A stretch of DNA of 64,000 nt from Candidatus Bathyarchaeota archaeon (GTDB taxonomy: Archaea > Thermoproteota > Bathyarchaeia > Bathyarchaeales > Bathyarchaeaceae): contig JASFHP010000007.1 in the NCBI GenBank assembly GCA_050123155.1, positions 32,032 through 96,031 of the forward strand, read 5' to 3'. The translations under genes and the position numbers were made by a program. Positions 8,430-18,606 of this stretch are shown piece after piece. Below the pieces are notes generated by a model. That model was given only the letters and a program-made list of their open reading frames with translations, was not told the DNA's origin and did no database searches. Within the stretch, counting starts at the first letter, position 1. Each line of letters begins with the position of its first letter.

Positions 8430-8951
8430 ATGACAATTATCATGGATGATGCAGGAACTGGTGACCTGCTTTTCGGCGTTATCATCAGCGCATTCCGCGA
8501 TTCAACCCAAGAATTCACATACGACATCATTGACGTGAAATATTTCAGACCCAGAGCTTTTGCGCGGAAAGCATACCTGAAGCAATGCTCAAAGATTGTG
8601 TCTAAGCTAATTGCTGGCATGAAACCAGAGCCCGAGGAAGAAATTCACATCTGCAGAGGCTACATCTTTGACGATGCTGTAGAGAAACTGAAACAGAAAT
8701 ATGGAGAAGACAGAATTCGCCGAGTCAAAGTGGTGGGAGAAACGCAGGACCTCACAGAAATTGCATACCTTGATGAAGTCAGGAATTTAGGTTATGAACC
8801 TCTTGAAGAAAGAGACAGCAAAAGGGCAAAAAGTTTTTTTCACATGATGAATTGGCTGAAGAAAAACCCAGACATGCTGAAATACGCAAAAACTGGTTGG
8901 CCACGATTACAAAGGTACAAATTATTCAGGTCAAAAAAGAAGCGCAACTAA
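8430..8951 (+). CDS. Conserved hypothetical protein with RNase HII-like N-terminal strand
   Basis: IIMDDAGTGDLLFGVII resembles the DEAGRG motif; remainder divergent. Confidence 0.55.
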   Translation: MTIIMDDAGTGDLLFGVIISAFRDSTQEFTYDIIDVKYFRPRAFARKAYLKQCSKIVSKLIAGMKPEPEEEIHICRGYIFDDAVEKLKQKYGEDRIRRVKVVGETQDLTEIAYLDEVRNLGYEPLEERDSKRAKSFFHMMNWLKKNPDMLKYAKTGWPRLQRYKLFRSKKKRN

Positions 8952-9064
8952 TTTTTTTGTCTTCGGTAACATGGCTCGACACGTTGCCGTTACATCCGAA
9001 TGCAGCTCTTCATGTTAAATGGAAGGTAAACGTTTTTTTTGAGGTTTTCATTGCTCACTTAGTG

Positions 9065-9526
9065 ATGAATATGAAAAACCAAGACTTAGAGTTTGCCAAG
9101 TTGAAGCTGATAAAGGAAGACCTGAGTTTGGTGATTGTGAAGAAAGGAAAAGTCATTTTTGAAGCAAAGAAGCAGGGAATAAGCGGATTTCTGCAAGCCA
9201 TCGAGAAACTGGACAAAATTTTGGTTGCAGCCTCAGCAGCTGACAAGATTGTTGGGGTGGCAGCAGCCAAGCTTTGCGTCTACGCTGGAGTGGCTTCTGT
9301 GTTTGCCTTGACCATCAGCGAGGAAGGGATCAAGGTGCTTGAAAACAACAATATTTTATGCAGATTTGAAAAGAAAGTTTCGAACATTCTGAACCGCGAC
9401 AAAAGTGATGTGTGTCCCTTCGAAAAACTGGCTATCTCCTCTAGAAACCCAGATGAGGCTTATGTGAAGTTGAAGTCCTTAGCGAGTCAAATAATGAGAA
9501 AATCAGAAAAAAATGATTGCTCTTAA
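9065..9526 (+). CDS. DUF1893 (TM1506-like) protein
   Basis: ADKIVGVAAA, SEEGIKVL, NRDKSDVCPFEK motifs; the longer ORF from 8852 overlaps the previous gene. Confidence 0.85.
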   Translation: MNMKNQDLEFAKLKLIKEDLSLVIVKKGKVIFEAKKQGISGFLQAIEKLDKILVAASAADKIVGVAAAKLCVYAGVASVFALTISEEGIKVLENNNILCRFEKKVSNILNRDKSDVCPFEKLAISSRNPDEAYVKLKSLASQIMRKSEKNDCS

Positions 9527-9578
9527 CTGCTTAGCAATCCTAGAAAAAAAATAAAAAAGGGGGGTTATTGGTTTGTTT

Positions 9579-10535
9579 TTAGCCTGTTGGGGATGGCAAC
9601 AGTATAGGCGTTCCGTCAGGAGCCATTATCAGCATGTCAATGTCCGGAGCTATCTTCTCTAGAGTTTGCACCACCAAGAAAAGTTCTGCAACTCTAGTTT
9701 CGTTGCTTGAATCTACTCCTGCAGCCTCAAGAACCATTTCTATAGCTTCCCTTGTTGCATTCGCCTCGATAACTGTGGCATTTGCTTTCGCTGCTGCTTC
9801 AATTGTTATTTTTTCAGCAGTTGCAGTTGCATTAATGATCACTCTTTGTTTCTCGAATTCTGCTTGAATCTTCTGTTGTTCCGCAACCAGTTTGTCCTCA
9901 ATTGCTGAAGTATATCTTGCAGGGTATCCTATGTTCCTGAGTTCAAACTCGAAGTCTATTAATGCTCCGGCTAGAGGCGCGGCTGTGCTAAGTTTGTTCC
10001 AGATGGCATCCCGTATTGTTTGAGCCACAAAATCTCTTCTTTCAATTGTTTCAATTGTGTTAAAATCTTTCGTGACTATTCTGACTTGCTCTCGTGCAAT
10101 AGATGCTACAACATCATTTTTCCAGTTCTTTTGGGGCAGATTCTCATACAGTTGCTTAACTCTCGCAGGGTCAAGCCTCCACCTCATCATGATGTCAATC
10201 TCCATCTCCATCTGGTCTTTTGAGAAGCTTCTTACGGTCTCAAAGTCTGCTGTGGGGTCGGTTCCGTCACCCCACATTCCCAACGTGTCTACCGCAACTT
10301 TGATTTGGACGGGGTTGACCCAAGGAGCTTTGATTGCCCAAGTTGGACCTAAGGTCGGTTCACCGATTGTGCCTGCTGCGGGGTCAACCATTAGGACTGC
10401 GTTGCCTACCGGAACGTTGACCCACATGGTTAACAAGAAGATTGCTGTGGAGAATGCTGCCACAACTAGAATTATTATCAAGGCTATTCCTATTTTGGGA
10501 TTGATTTGAAATTTAGGTTCATATTCAATACTCAT
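9579..10535 (-). CDS. SPFH/prohibitin (band 7) membrane protein
   Basis: N-terminal TM, SPFH-like core, coiled-coil tail (AIEDKLVAEQQKIQAEFEKQ); GGAGGTGA RBS upstream of ATG 10535. Confidence 0.88.
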   Translation of the reverse strand: MSIEYEPKFQINPKIGIALIIILVVAAFSTAIFLLTMWVNVPVGNAVLMVDPAAGTIGEPTLGPTWAIKAPWVNPVQIKVAVDTLGMWGDGTDPTADFETVRSFSKDQMEMEIDIMMRWRLDPARVKQLYENLPQKNWKNDVVASIAREQVRIVTKDFNTIETIERRDFVAQTIRDAIWNKLSTAAPLAGALIDFEFELRNIGYPARYTSAIEDKLVAEQQKIQAEFEKQRVIINATATAEKITIEAAAKANATVIEANATREAIEMVLEAAGVDSSNETRVAELFLVVQTLEKIAPDIDMLIMAPDGTPILLPSPTG

Positions 10536-10780
10536 GTTTTCACCTCCTCTATACATTTAAAACTAAACAGAAAAAATTTGCCGTTTGTGTTGTGTCACGG
10601 GGCTGAAAAGTCCACCTTATCTTACCCTTCGTTATGTGCACTTTCAGTATACTCAACTAAATGTAAATAGTTTTCTAAAATAGTATATGTGCCTCTATTG
10701 AATCTATATAGCCACAATTTGGCGTGCCAGATCTACCCCCGTCTCTATAGACCTCAAAGACGGGAGCGTCATCAAGCTTC

Positions 10781-11230
10781 CTAACTTAAACTTGTTTTCA
10801 CAATCTTCTCAGCAATAGTTTTTCCCAGTTTGCGGCACTCCTCTAAACCTTTTTCGTCTGGATTATATTTTATCCGTAGAGCGGGTTCTACGACATCCAT
10901 TTCAAATCGGTTCTTCATGATCTCCACCAGTATGTTTGGAGCTTCTCCGCTCCAGCCGTATGAGCCGAAGGCTGCTCCCGCCTTGCCTTTTAGGTCTATT
11001 TCCTCCTTGGATGCCGCTTCTAAAAGGTTCTTCATGTCTATGCCTATGTCATGGTAGTATGTGGGCATCCCCAAAATTATCGCATCTGCCTCTGCCAACT
11101 CCTCTGGTCTAACAAAATATTTCAGTTCTACGTTAACTCCTACAACTGACTTTGCACCCTCCTCAACCGCCATAGCCATCTTTTCAGTGTTACCGGTTTG
11201 GCTGTAATAGACGATAAGCAGTTTAAGCAT
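10781..11230 (-). CDS. Flavodoxin-like protein
   Basis: YYSQTGNTEKMA FMN-binding loop, GMPTY, FGSYGWSGEA. Confidence 0.92.
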   Translation of the reverse strand: MLKLLIVYYSQTGNTEKMAMAVEEGAKSVVGVNVELKYFVRPEELAEADAIILGMPTYYHDIGIDMKNLLEAASKEEIDLKGKAGAAFGSYGWSGEAPNILVEIMKNRFEMDVVEPALRIKYNPDEKGLEECRKLGKTIAEKIVKTSLS

Positions 11231-11381
11231 GTTCGCCAAGTTTCACTCCCTCAAATATGTAAATGTAGCCAATGAAAGATAACCTTTACGTGCACTACAA
11301 TAGACAATAGTTTCGAATGGCGAAATGATTTTTAAATGAATTCTTGATGTTATTAGTTTAGATAAGCTGGGAAGTGTTGGT

Positions 11382-12179
11382 ATGGGTGTAACAGAAACCG
11401 CTGATATAGGAATCATAGGTGGAACAGGCGTTTATGACCAAGAAAGCTTCGAGGATATCAAAGAAATTAAAGTGTTTACCCCTTTCGGTGAAACTTCAGA
11501 TCTGGTTTCGGTTGGCGTTTACAAGAACGTTAAGGTGGCATTTATACCTAGACACGGCAGAAACCACACGATTCCCCCTCACAGAGTCAATTATCGCGCT
11601 AACGTGTGGGCGCTAAAGCAGCTGGGCGTCAAAAGAATAATTGCTTCAGCAGCTGTAGGAAGTTTACGGGAGGATTATGGTCCAGGAACTTTTGTTATTC
11701 CAGACCAGTTTATTGACCGAACCAAAAAACGGTTAGACACTTTCTATGAGGGGGGACAAGTTTGTCACATATCCACTGCGGATCCCTTCTGTGAACAGCT
11801 TCGACCTTTGTTCATCAAAACTGCTCAGAAGCTTGGATTAGACGTTAAAAAAAGTGGAACATACGTTTGTATTGAGGGACCAAGGTTTTCAACTAGAGCA
11901 GAGTCCAGACTTTTTCAGATGTGGAAAGCGGACGTGGTGGGGATGACCCTTTATCCTGAGTGTGTTTTGGCTAGAGAAGCGGAACTGTGTTACGTTTCAA
12001 TTTCCATAGTTACCGATTATGATGTTTGGGCTGAAAGTCCAGTGTCTACAAAAGAGGTAATAGAAACAGCGCGCAAAAGTAATGAAGACCTGAAGAAGCT
12101 AATTTTGAAGACACTTCCACAAATACCAAAAACTAGAGATTGCAAATGCGGCTCAGCACTGAAAGATGCACTGATGTAA
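11382..12179 (+). CDS. mtnP: S-methyl-5'-thioadenosine phosphorylase
   Basis: IGIIGGTG, PRHGRNH, EGPRFSTRAES, VGMT, VTDYD. Confidence 0.93.
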   Translation: MGVTETADIGIIGGTGVYDQESFEDIKEIKVFTPFGETSDLVSVGVYKNVKVAFIPRHGRNHTIPPHRVNYRANVWALKQLGVKRIIASAAVGSLREDYGPGTFVIPDQFIDRTKKRLDTFYEGGQVCHISTADPFCEQLRPLFIKTAQKLGLDVKKSGTYVCIEGPRFSTRAESRLFQMWKADVVGMTLYPECVLAREAELCYVSISIVTDYDVWAESPVSTKEVIETARKSNEDLKKLILKTLPQIPKTRDCKCGSALKDALM

Positions 12180-12218
12180 ATTTGAAATCTGGTTAATCTC
12201 GAGTTTCCAAATTCTGGA

Positions 12219-12872
12219 TTATTTCTTTTTGTTCTGAATGAGGCTTCGCCGCTTAATCTCTTTCAGAATATCCGTCACGGTCTCTTCAGTCACATCAATG
12301 GTGTACAGTCGTTTCAGCTCATCTTTAATCTGTGTAACGTCAACATCACCGTCAAGATCTACTTTTAGGCACTTGCATGCTTTCGGAATCAGGGTGCACA
12401 TGTCTTCTGTGAAGTTCCAGGGAAATATAACCCATCTCCACGGCAGCACTTCGCCAACGTAGTCTGCCTTGAACTTGGCGCATGTTAGATGCTGCAGAGA
12501 GGCAGTTCGGATTTCGGATGGATTCAAAGATTTAAGGTATTCAACTGTCACGAGCATGCTTTCGCCAGTGTCTGTGATGTCGTCTACAACAAGCACCTTT
12601 TTTCCAGTCAAATCAACATTTAATGGATGTTTCAGTTTGGCTGTTCCGTCTGGTGTTGCTGTTACGCCCCAGTGCTCAACCTTTAAGCTGACAAGGTCTT
12701 TTACGCCCACGAAATCACAGAGAATGCGAGCTAGCACCCAGCCTCCCCGTGCTAAGCCAACAATTATGTCTGGTTTGTAGCCTGAACTGTTAATTTTGTT
12801 TGCTACCTCCCTAGCTAAGTTGTAGAAATAGTTCCAATCCATGAGTTGACATTCGAAACTTTCTGAATCCAT
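12219..12872 (-). CDS. Purine phosphoribosyltransferase (type I PRTase)
   Basis: GLARGG, VLVVDDITDTGES PRPP loop, WVIFPW. Confidence 0.9.
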   Translation of the reverse strand: MDSESFECQLMDWNYFYNLAREVANKINSSGYKPDIIVGLARGGWVLARILCDFVGVKDLVSLKVEHWGVTATPDGTAKLKHPLNVDLTGKKVLVVDDITDTGESMLVTVEYLKSLNPSEIRTASLQHLTCAKFKADYVGEVLPWRWVIFPWNFTEDMCTLIPKACKCLKVDLDGDVDVTQIKDELKRLYTIDVTEETVTDILKEIKRRSLIQNKKK

Positions 12873-12984
12873 AACAAGACCGCCCTTTCTGATTACGTCG
12901 TTACGTTAACAATATTATATTTTCGCCTTTTTCTCACCCACGATTCTAATCGTGCTTTATGTTCTTTTTCAGCCTAGGACAAAA

Positions 12985-14772
12985 TTACTTCGTACGCATG
13001 TAATAGTATTCGCCTATCTTCTTTTGTTCCCGGTCTAGTCTGGAGCCTTCCTTGTTCACTCTAGGTCTTTTGGTTTGAGGGTCTCTTCTGAAGGTGATTG
13101 CCATGTCCTCTAGAAAGCTGTTCATGCCATTACGAAGATCGGTGGGCTGATTAGCAAAACCTTGTAACCCCGGCTCTCCAGTGAAGATCATGAGGCGGTC
13201 AGCTATGAAATCTTGCGTCACTACATCATGCTCCACCACGAAAGCTGTCACTTGTCTGTTTTCTATTACATGTCGAATCGTACGCGCCACAGACAAGCGG
13301 TCCTCCACATCCAAGTAGGCGCTCGGCTCGTCGAGAAGATACAGCTCCGCCTCTCGGGATAGACAGGATGCGATGGCGACTCTCTGAAGTTCCCCTCCGC
13401 TGAGCTCAGTTACTTCGCGGTCTAAAAGAAGCTGCATTTTGAGGGGCTGCAGAATCTGACTATGATACAGACTTGTTTGAAAGTCTTTCTCAGCCGTCTC
13501 TTTCAGCAGTTCCTCAACGGTTCCGCTGTACTGCGGCGAAATGTATTGGGGCTTATAACTTACTTTCATGTCTTCCTCAGCGGACGTCTCTCCAGAATCT
13601 GCCTCCTCTATCCCCGCAAGTATCTTCACAAAGGTGGTTTTTCCAATCCCGTTGGGTCCAAACACTCCAACAACCTCTCCCCTCTTCACCTCCCCCGGCG
13701 CTGCCTGAAACTCAAACTCCCCGAAGGACTTCTTGATTTCACTCCACTGCAGCAGCGGCTCACCCACGGTTAATGAGGTTGATGGAGGCTTCACGTGAAA
13801 GATTATGGAATCCTTCCTGAAGCGCACATTCTCGTCAGGAATATAACCTTCAAGGTAAATGTTTATTCCAACTCTCACTCCGTGGACATGAGAGACTACC
13901 CCGTAAACTCCGGGGTCACCATAAAAAACGCAGATTTGATCGGACAGATAATCGAGAATCGCCAAGTCATGCTCTGCAACAATAACCGTTTTGCCGTCCT
14001 CTTTGAGTGTTCGAATAGCCCTGGCTACCTGCAGCCGCTGCTTCACATCCAAGTAGCTGGCGGGCTCGTCGAAGAGGTAAACGTCTGCTTCTCGGCAGAT
14101 AGATGCGGCGACAGCCACCCGCTGAAGCTCTCCGCCGCTCAAAACCTCCAGTTTTCTGTTCCAGATCGTCTCAAGTTGCAGCTTCTTGGTTAGCTGACTC
14201 AACTTGTTTCGCTCGTCGACGTTTTTAAGAAGCTCCCCTACCTTGCCAGAGACAACCCGTGAGATTCGGTCTACATACTGGGGCTTGTGCACCACTTTCA
14301 TGTTTCCTTCGCTTAGTCTCTGAAAATATTCTTGGAGAGTTGAGCCGCGGAAATGCTGAATCAGTTCTGTCCACTCTGGAGGCTCGTCATATTTTCCCAG
14401 ATTTGGCTTGATTTCGCCGGAAAGGATATGGAGTGCAGTGGTTTTTCCGATGCCATTCTGTCCCAGAAGCCCCAGAACTACGCCTGCGGATGGTGTGGGG
14501 AGACGAAAGAGTTTGAAGGTGTTGGGTCCGAAGCGGTGGCTGCAATCTTTCTCCAGTTCGTCCGCTAAGTTGACGATGGAGATGGCTTTGAATGGGCATT
14601 TCCTAACGCAGATGCCGCATCCTACGCATAGGCTTTCCACGATCTGAGGCTTGTCGCCCTCGAACATGACGGCTTCAATTTTGTTTCTAACTGGCGGACA
14701 GAAACGATAGCATGGTCTACCGCAACGTTTGGATTCGCATCGTTCCTCGTCGAGAACCGCTATCCGAACCAT
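12985..14772 (-). CDS. rli: ABCE1/Rli1 ribosome recycling ATPase
   Basis: N-terminal double 4Fe-4S (CVGCGICVRKCP), two NBDs (GQNGIGKT, GPNGIGKT), LSGGELQR twice, C-terminal RPRVNK. Confidence 0.97.
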   Translation of the reverse strand: MVRIAVLDEERCESKRCGRPCYRFCPPVRNKIEAVMFEGDKPQIVESLCVGCGICVRKCPFKAISIVNLADELEKDCSHRFGPNTFKLFRLPTPSAGVVLGLLGQNGIGKTTALHILSGEIKPNLGKYDEPPEWTELIQHFRGSTLQEYFQRLSEGNMKVVHKPQYVDRISRVVSGKVGELLKNVDERNKLSQLTKKLQLETIWNRKLEVLSGGELQRVAVAASICREADVYLFDEPASYLDVKQRLQVARAIRTLKEDGKTVIVAEHDLAILDYLSDQICVFYGDPGVYGVVSHVHGVRVGINIYLEGYIPDENVRFRKDSIIFHVKPPSTSLTVGEPLLQWSEIKKSFGEFEFQAAPGEVKRGEVVGVFGPNGIGKTTFVKILAGIEEADSGETSAEEDMKVSYKPQYISPQYSGTVEELLKETAEKDFQTSLYHSQILQPLKMQLLLDREVTELSGGELQRVAIASCLSREAELYLLDEPSAYLDVEDRLSVARTIRHVIENRQVTAFVVEHDVVTQDFIADRLMIFTGEPGLQGFANQPTDLRNGMNSFLEDMAITFRRDPQTKRPRVNKEGSRLDREQKKIGEYYYMRTK

Positions 14773-14945
14773 CTTCCATCAATACACCCGTTAATGTAGG
14801 ATAAGGGACGGCGAAATATTAACTTAAAACTCTTACTACTCTCCAGAAACTATTGAGGATACGTTTAAATCTGGACAATACAGAGATTTAGTTGCCTAGT
14901 TGCTTTGTGAAAAAATGTTTACCAGAATCTGGGCGGTGAATTAAA

Positions 14946-15641
14946 TTGGAGTACGAAATAAAGTATAAACCCTCATATTCGATGCTTGTTGTCAAATTGG
15001 AACCTAACGAAACTGTAACTGCAGAAGCCGGCGCCATGACCTACATGGAGCCCAACATAGATGTAAATACACGTAAAAGAGAAAAAAGCCTCTTAGGCAC
15101 TATAGGCCTTGCCCTGCTGGGGCGGCAATCCTTCTTTGTGAACGATTACAAAGCAAAAAGCACGCCCGGCGAAGTTGCCTTCGTTTCTGCTCCGGTTGGC
15201 GACATCGAAATATTGGAGGTGAAGCCAAACCAAGGCTACATCATACAGTCTGCCTCATACATTGCATCTACACAAAATGTTGAATTGGACATAAAATGGC
15301 AGGGATTCACGAAGGGGCTCTTCGGGCAGGGGCTCTTCATGATCAAGGTTTCAGGAGAAGGCAAACTCTTCATAAACACTTTCGGAGCCATCGACAAGCA
15401 CACCCTAGACGCAGGCAAATCATTGATTGTTGATAACTTCCATCTCGTGGCTTTCAGCGATAGCTGTGATTACGATGTCCGAAAGTTTGGCGGATTAAAA
15501 TCAACTATTCTAGGCGGCGAGGGACTGGTTACAAATATAAGAGGTCCCGGCGACGTGTACATACAAACAAAAAACCTAAGAGAATTCGTGGATTGGCTCT
15601 GGACACTCCTTGGACCCAGAGTTAATTCAAGGGCAAGATAA
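14946..15641 (+). CDS. TIGR00266/AIM24 family protein
   Basis: AEAGAM, GEGKLFINTFGAI, GGEGLV...GPGDVYIQT. Confidence 0.9.
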   Translation: MEYEIKYKPSYSMLVVKLEPNETVTAEAGAMTYMEPNIDVNTRKREKSLLGTIGLALLGRQSFFVNDYKAKSTPGEVAFVSAPVGDIEILEVKPNQGYIIQSASYIASTQNVELDIKWQGFTKGLFGQGLFMIKVSGEGKLFINTFGAIDKHTLDAGKSLIVDNFHLVAFSDSCDYDVRKFGGLKSTILGGEGLVTNIRGPGDVYIQTKNLREFVDWLWTLLGPRVNSRAR

Positions 15642-15764
15642 AAACTAAAGCCAAACAGCCAGTATCTTTCCGCTCCCCTTTTTTCTGGTAGACCTGTAAG
15701 GCAGAGCTAGAACGGTTGGGTAGAATCTTAATAGAACCTTCAGCATATTCGATTCGATGAAAAC

Positions 15765-16382
15765 ATGACAGTTCTGAAAGCAACGAAAGCCAATATTATG
15801 GCGGCAGCTCGGATTGTGAGAAGGGGCGGGTTGGTTGTCTATCCAACCGAAACTGTGTACGGTTTAGGATGCGACCCATTCAATGTTGAAGCCGTGAAGC
15901 GAATTCTGGAAGTGAAGGGCGAACGAAACATGCCTCTGCCCGTATTAGCAGCAAGCATTGTTGATGCCGATAAGATAGCCTTCATTTCCCTGAATGGGAA
16001 GCAACTTGCTGCAAAATTTTGGCCTGGACCGCTCACAATGGTTTTCCCCAAGAAGCCGAATTTTCCAGCTGTTGTTACTTTCGGCTTGGACTCTGTGGGC
16101 TTGAGAATACCCGGCAATGATGTAGCGCTTCAGTTAACTCGCTTGTGTGGGGGTCTTCTGGTTGGGTCAAGTGCCAACAGAACAGGAGAGGAGCCTCCGC
16201 GGCAGGTTCAGGAAATCTCTGGGGAGTTGAAGGAAATGGTGGATGTTGTTCTCGACGGTGGAGTTGCGGCTCAGGGAATGCCGTCGACAGTGGCTGATTT
16301 GACTTCAGAAAAACCGAGAATTCTTCGGGAGGGTCTCATAAGCCTCAAGGCGATTTTGGATGCTCTAGCTCTTGGTGCCTAG
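15765..16382 (+). CDS. tsaC: L-threonylcarbamoyladenylate synthase, short TsaC/YrdC type
   Basis: VYPTETVYGLGC, WPGPLT, SSANRTG, PSTV, ILREG; no C-terminal SUA5 domain. Confidence 0.92.
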   Translation: MTVLKATKANIMAAARIVRRGGLVVYPTETVYGLGCDPFNVEAVKRILEVKGERNMPLPVLAASIVDADKIAFISLNGKQLAAKFWPGPLTMVFPKKPNFPAVVTFGLDSVGLRIPGNDVALQLTRLCGGLLVGSSANRTGEEPPRQVQEISGELKEMVDVVLDGGVAAQGMPSTVADLTSEKPRILREGLISLKAILDALALGA

Positions 16383-16931
16383 CAGTGCCATGCGTTCGAT
16401 CACAAGGTCGGCTAACGCCTCTTTTTCTAACCCTTTTTTTTCCAGCTTAGCCTCGAATTCAAGTTCAGAAATTTTGAACAAGTTTTTGATGTTCTCGATT
16501 TTTTTGTCTGTTAGTTCTAGTATGCTGTCGTCTCGTTCGCCGGGAACTGTTTTGGTGACTAAGCTCAAGTAGTCAGATTTTTTGTGCCTGTTCTCTGTTA
16601 TTATCAGCGTTGCTACTTCTGAGGAGTCCTGTTTGATTCCCAGCGTCTTCACAGCCTTTTTTATCTGTCTTTGGGCAGAGGCGTAGAGTAGAGCCTCAAC
16701 CGCCAGATTGTTTGATATGTTTGTGTTTTTTTCGAAGGCGTTCAGCGCGTTTAAGGCTGCAAAATACAGGTGTTGGGGACCTGCCACGTGTTTGGCGTCA
16801 AAAAACTGAACCGAGATTCCCATGTTTTCTTTTCTGAAGTGTTCAAGAAAAGCGTTGATGTCCTCTATCTGGACGTTCCTGAAACCGACTATAGTGATGT
16901 GTTCGTTAGATTTTTCCGTTTTTTCGTTCAT
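16365..16931 (-). CDS. cgi121: KEOPS complex subunit Cgi121
   Basis: QFFDAKHVAGPQHL, SNNLAVEALLYASAQRQIKKA, LVIERMAL. Confidence 0.9.
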   Translation of the reverse strand: MNEKTEKSNEHITIVGFRNVQIEDINAFLEHFRKENMGISVQFFDAKHVAGPQHLYFAALNALNAFEKNTNISNNLAVEALLYASAQRQIKKAVKTLGIKQDSSEVATLIITENRHKKSDYLSLVTKTVPGERDDSILELTDKKIENIKNLFKISELEFEAKLEKKGLEKEALADLVIERMALLGTKS

Positions 16932-17219
16932 TGTTGTTCCCTGAAGATTTCTTTGGTGAACCGTTCCGCAAGTTCCCTGTTTAGCCCGGAACTGATTAGC
17001 TTTTCTTTTGCATCCTCGGAAGTTAACTTGCTGATTCAGAGTTAGCTGAGTTATTTGTTCATGCTGGTTAAGGCGATTTAAGAGTGTCTAACGTTGAGGT
17101 GCTTGTTTTAGGTTTCGGGGTTCTTTCTTCGGTGGATATATCGGATTCTGATTTATGTATTTGGCTGTAATAATGATTATATGAATTCGGAGCCGATTTC
17201 TGGTGTAGAGGCTCGACTA

Positions 17220-17402
17220 ATGGTAACTTTGAAGGATCTGCGGGAGAAGATCGAAAATCTGGAAAGCGAGAAAACTAAGCTTCTGGAAGAGGTAAAGACC
17301 CTTAGAAAAGAAGCAGAGGGAAAAGCTGCCGCACTAGAATGTGAGGTGGCTGTGCTTCGAGAAGAAGCGGAATCGTTGAAAGAAATGCTTGACAGCTTCT
17401 AG
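17220..17402 (+). CDS. Small coiled-coil protein (60 aa), paralog of 35..217
   Basis: ATG at 17220 gives exactly the same length as 35..217; 39/60 identity. Confidence 0.8.
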   Translation: MVTLKDLREKIENLESEKTKLLEEVKTLRKEAEGKAAALECEVAVLREEAESLKEMLDSF

Positions 17403-17505
17403 TTGCCGAAGCCCTTTCACTTGCTTAATTCGTGAATATTCAGCCCTTTTTAGGTTAAAGAAATAGAGAAAACCTGCTCTAAACTGCGAAGTTGGAAAGC
17501 CACAA

Positions 17506-18504
17506 TTAATCGAGTTCGTGGAGAGCCTTCAGCCTTTTAACAATGTTTGGGTGAGTGGAAAACACTTCCATAATCTTGTCGAAAGTAGTTACTTTTTTCC
17601 GCAGAACCTCTTCAACAAGTTTTCTGTCGCCCCCAACTCCCCCAAACTTGCTTAAGGCGGCTGCATCTGACTCTGCGCGATCTGGGTCAGAGATGAAGAG
17701 TGCCTTAAACGAGTTGGAACCGCCTGTGTTCTGTCGGTTGCGGCGGTTTCTTTTTACTACGTTTGTGTAATTCACTATCTTTGCCAGTCCTTCAGAGAGT
17801 TTGCGGGGTCCATCCTCGACGATGGAGGCGCTGTGGCGGTCAGCGAAGTATTCGCGTATTCGGCTCAGGTATAGTGTGAAGATGGTGAGTATCCAGTAGA
17901 CGAGTAGGCTTGCGATGCCGATGATTGCGGTTCCTCCGCTGTCTCGGCTGTCTCTGCTGCTATACATGGAGGAGAGAAGCATTGAGTAGCCTATGAAATA
18001 GAAGATTGCTGGCAGTATGGAGACGAACATCATGATTTGGACGTCTCTGTGTTTTAGGTGACCTAATTCGTGTCCTATTACGGCTTCCACTTCTTCGGTT
18101 TCAAGGGTTTCCAGCAGCCCGGTTGTTACTGCAACTTTGCTTCCTGTGAGTGGTGAACCGTATGCGAAGGCGTTAGGTATTGCCATTTTTGCTTTCATGA
18201 GTTTCGGGGTTTTGATTCTGCTCTTTTTGCTCAGTTTCTCCACCATACTATGCAACGCTGGGTCCTCTTGGGGCTTGACTTCCTTCACTCGGTACATGGC
18301 GTCTATTAGGTAGGGGGCTATGAGCCACTGGGCTATGTTGAAGATGACCACTATGAAGGGCAAAAGCATGAGACTGACGCCGGCTAAAGCCATAATAACT
18401 GTGAAGAATAGCGTGGATAATCCGATAATGAGTGCTAGGGTTCCTATCAGAGAGAAGCGAAGTTTCCATAAACTCACGAAATTATCCCCAATATTGCTGA
18501 GCAA
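17506..18504 (-). CDS. htpX: HtpX-like M48 zinc metalloprotease
   Basis: PNAFAYG, HELGH, SRIREYFAD, FSTHP. Confidence 0.93.
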   Translation of the reverse strand: MLSNIGDNFVSLWKLRFSLIGTLALIIGLSTLFFTVIMALAGVSLMLLPFIVVIFNIAQWLIAPYLIDAMYRVKEVKPQEDPALHSMVEKLSKKSRIKTPKLMKAKMAIPNAFAYGSPLTGSKVAVTTGLLETLETEEVEAVIGHELGHLKHRDVQIMMFVSILPAIFYFIGYSMLLSSMYSSRDSRDSGGTAIIGIASLLVYWILTIFTLYLSRIREYFADRHSASIVEDGPRKLSEGLAKIVNYTNVVKRNRRNRQNTGGSNSFKALFISDPDRAESDAAALSKFGGVGGDRKLVEEVLRKKVTTFDKIMEVFSTHPNIVKRLKALHELD

Positions 18505-18606
18505 GAAAGGCGGCTTATAACCATTTTGCTTTTTTGTTTCTTAACCATATCGAACAATTGCTACACAAATGTTATATTCGTTCCTTTATGATATACCCCA
18601 TAACAT

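Noticed and set aside
10738-10764. CCCGTCT/AGACGGG hairpin downstream of the flavodoxin gene
   Set aside because: Single-copy 7-bp stem with no supporting conservation; at most an ordinary 3' structure
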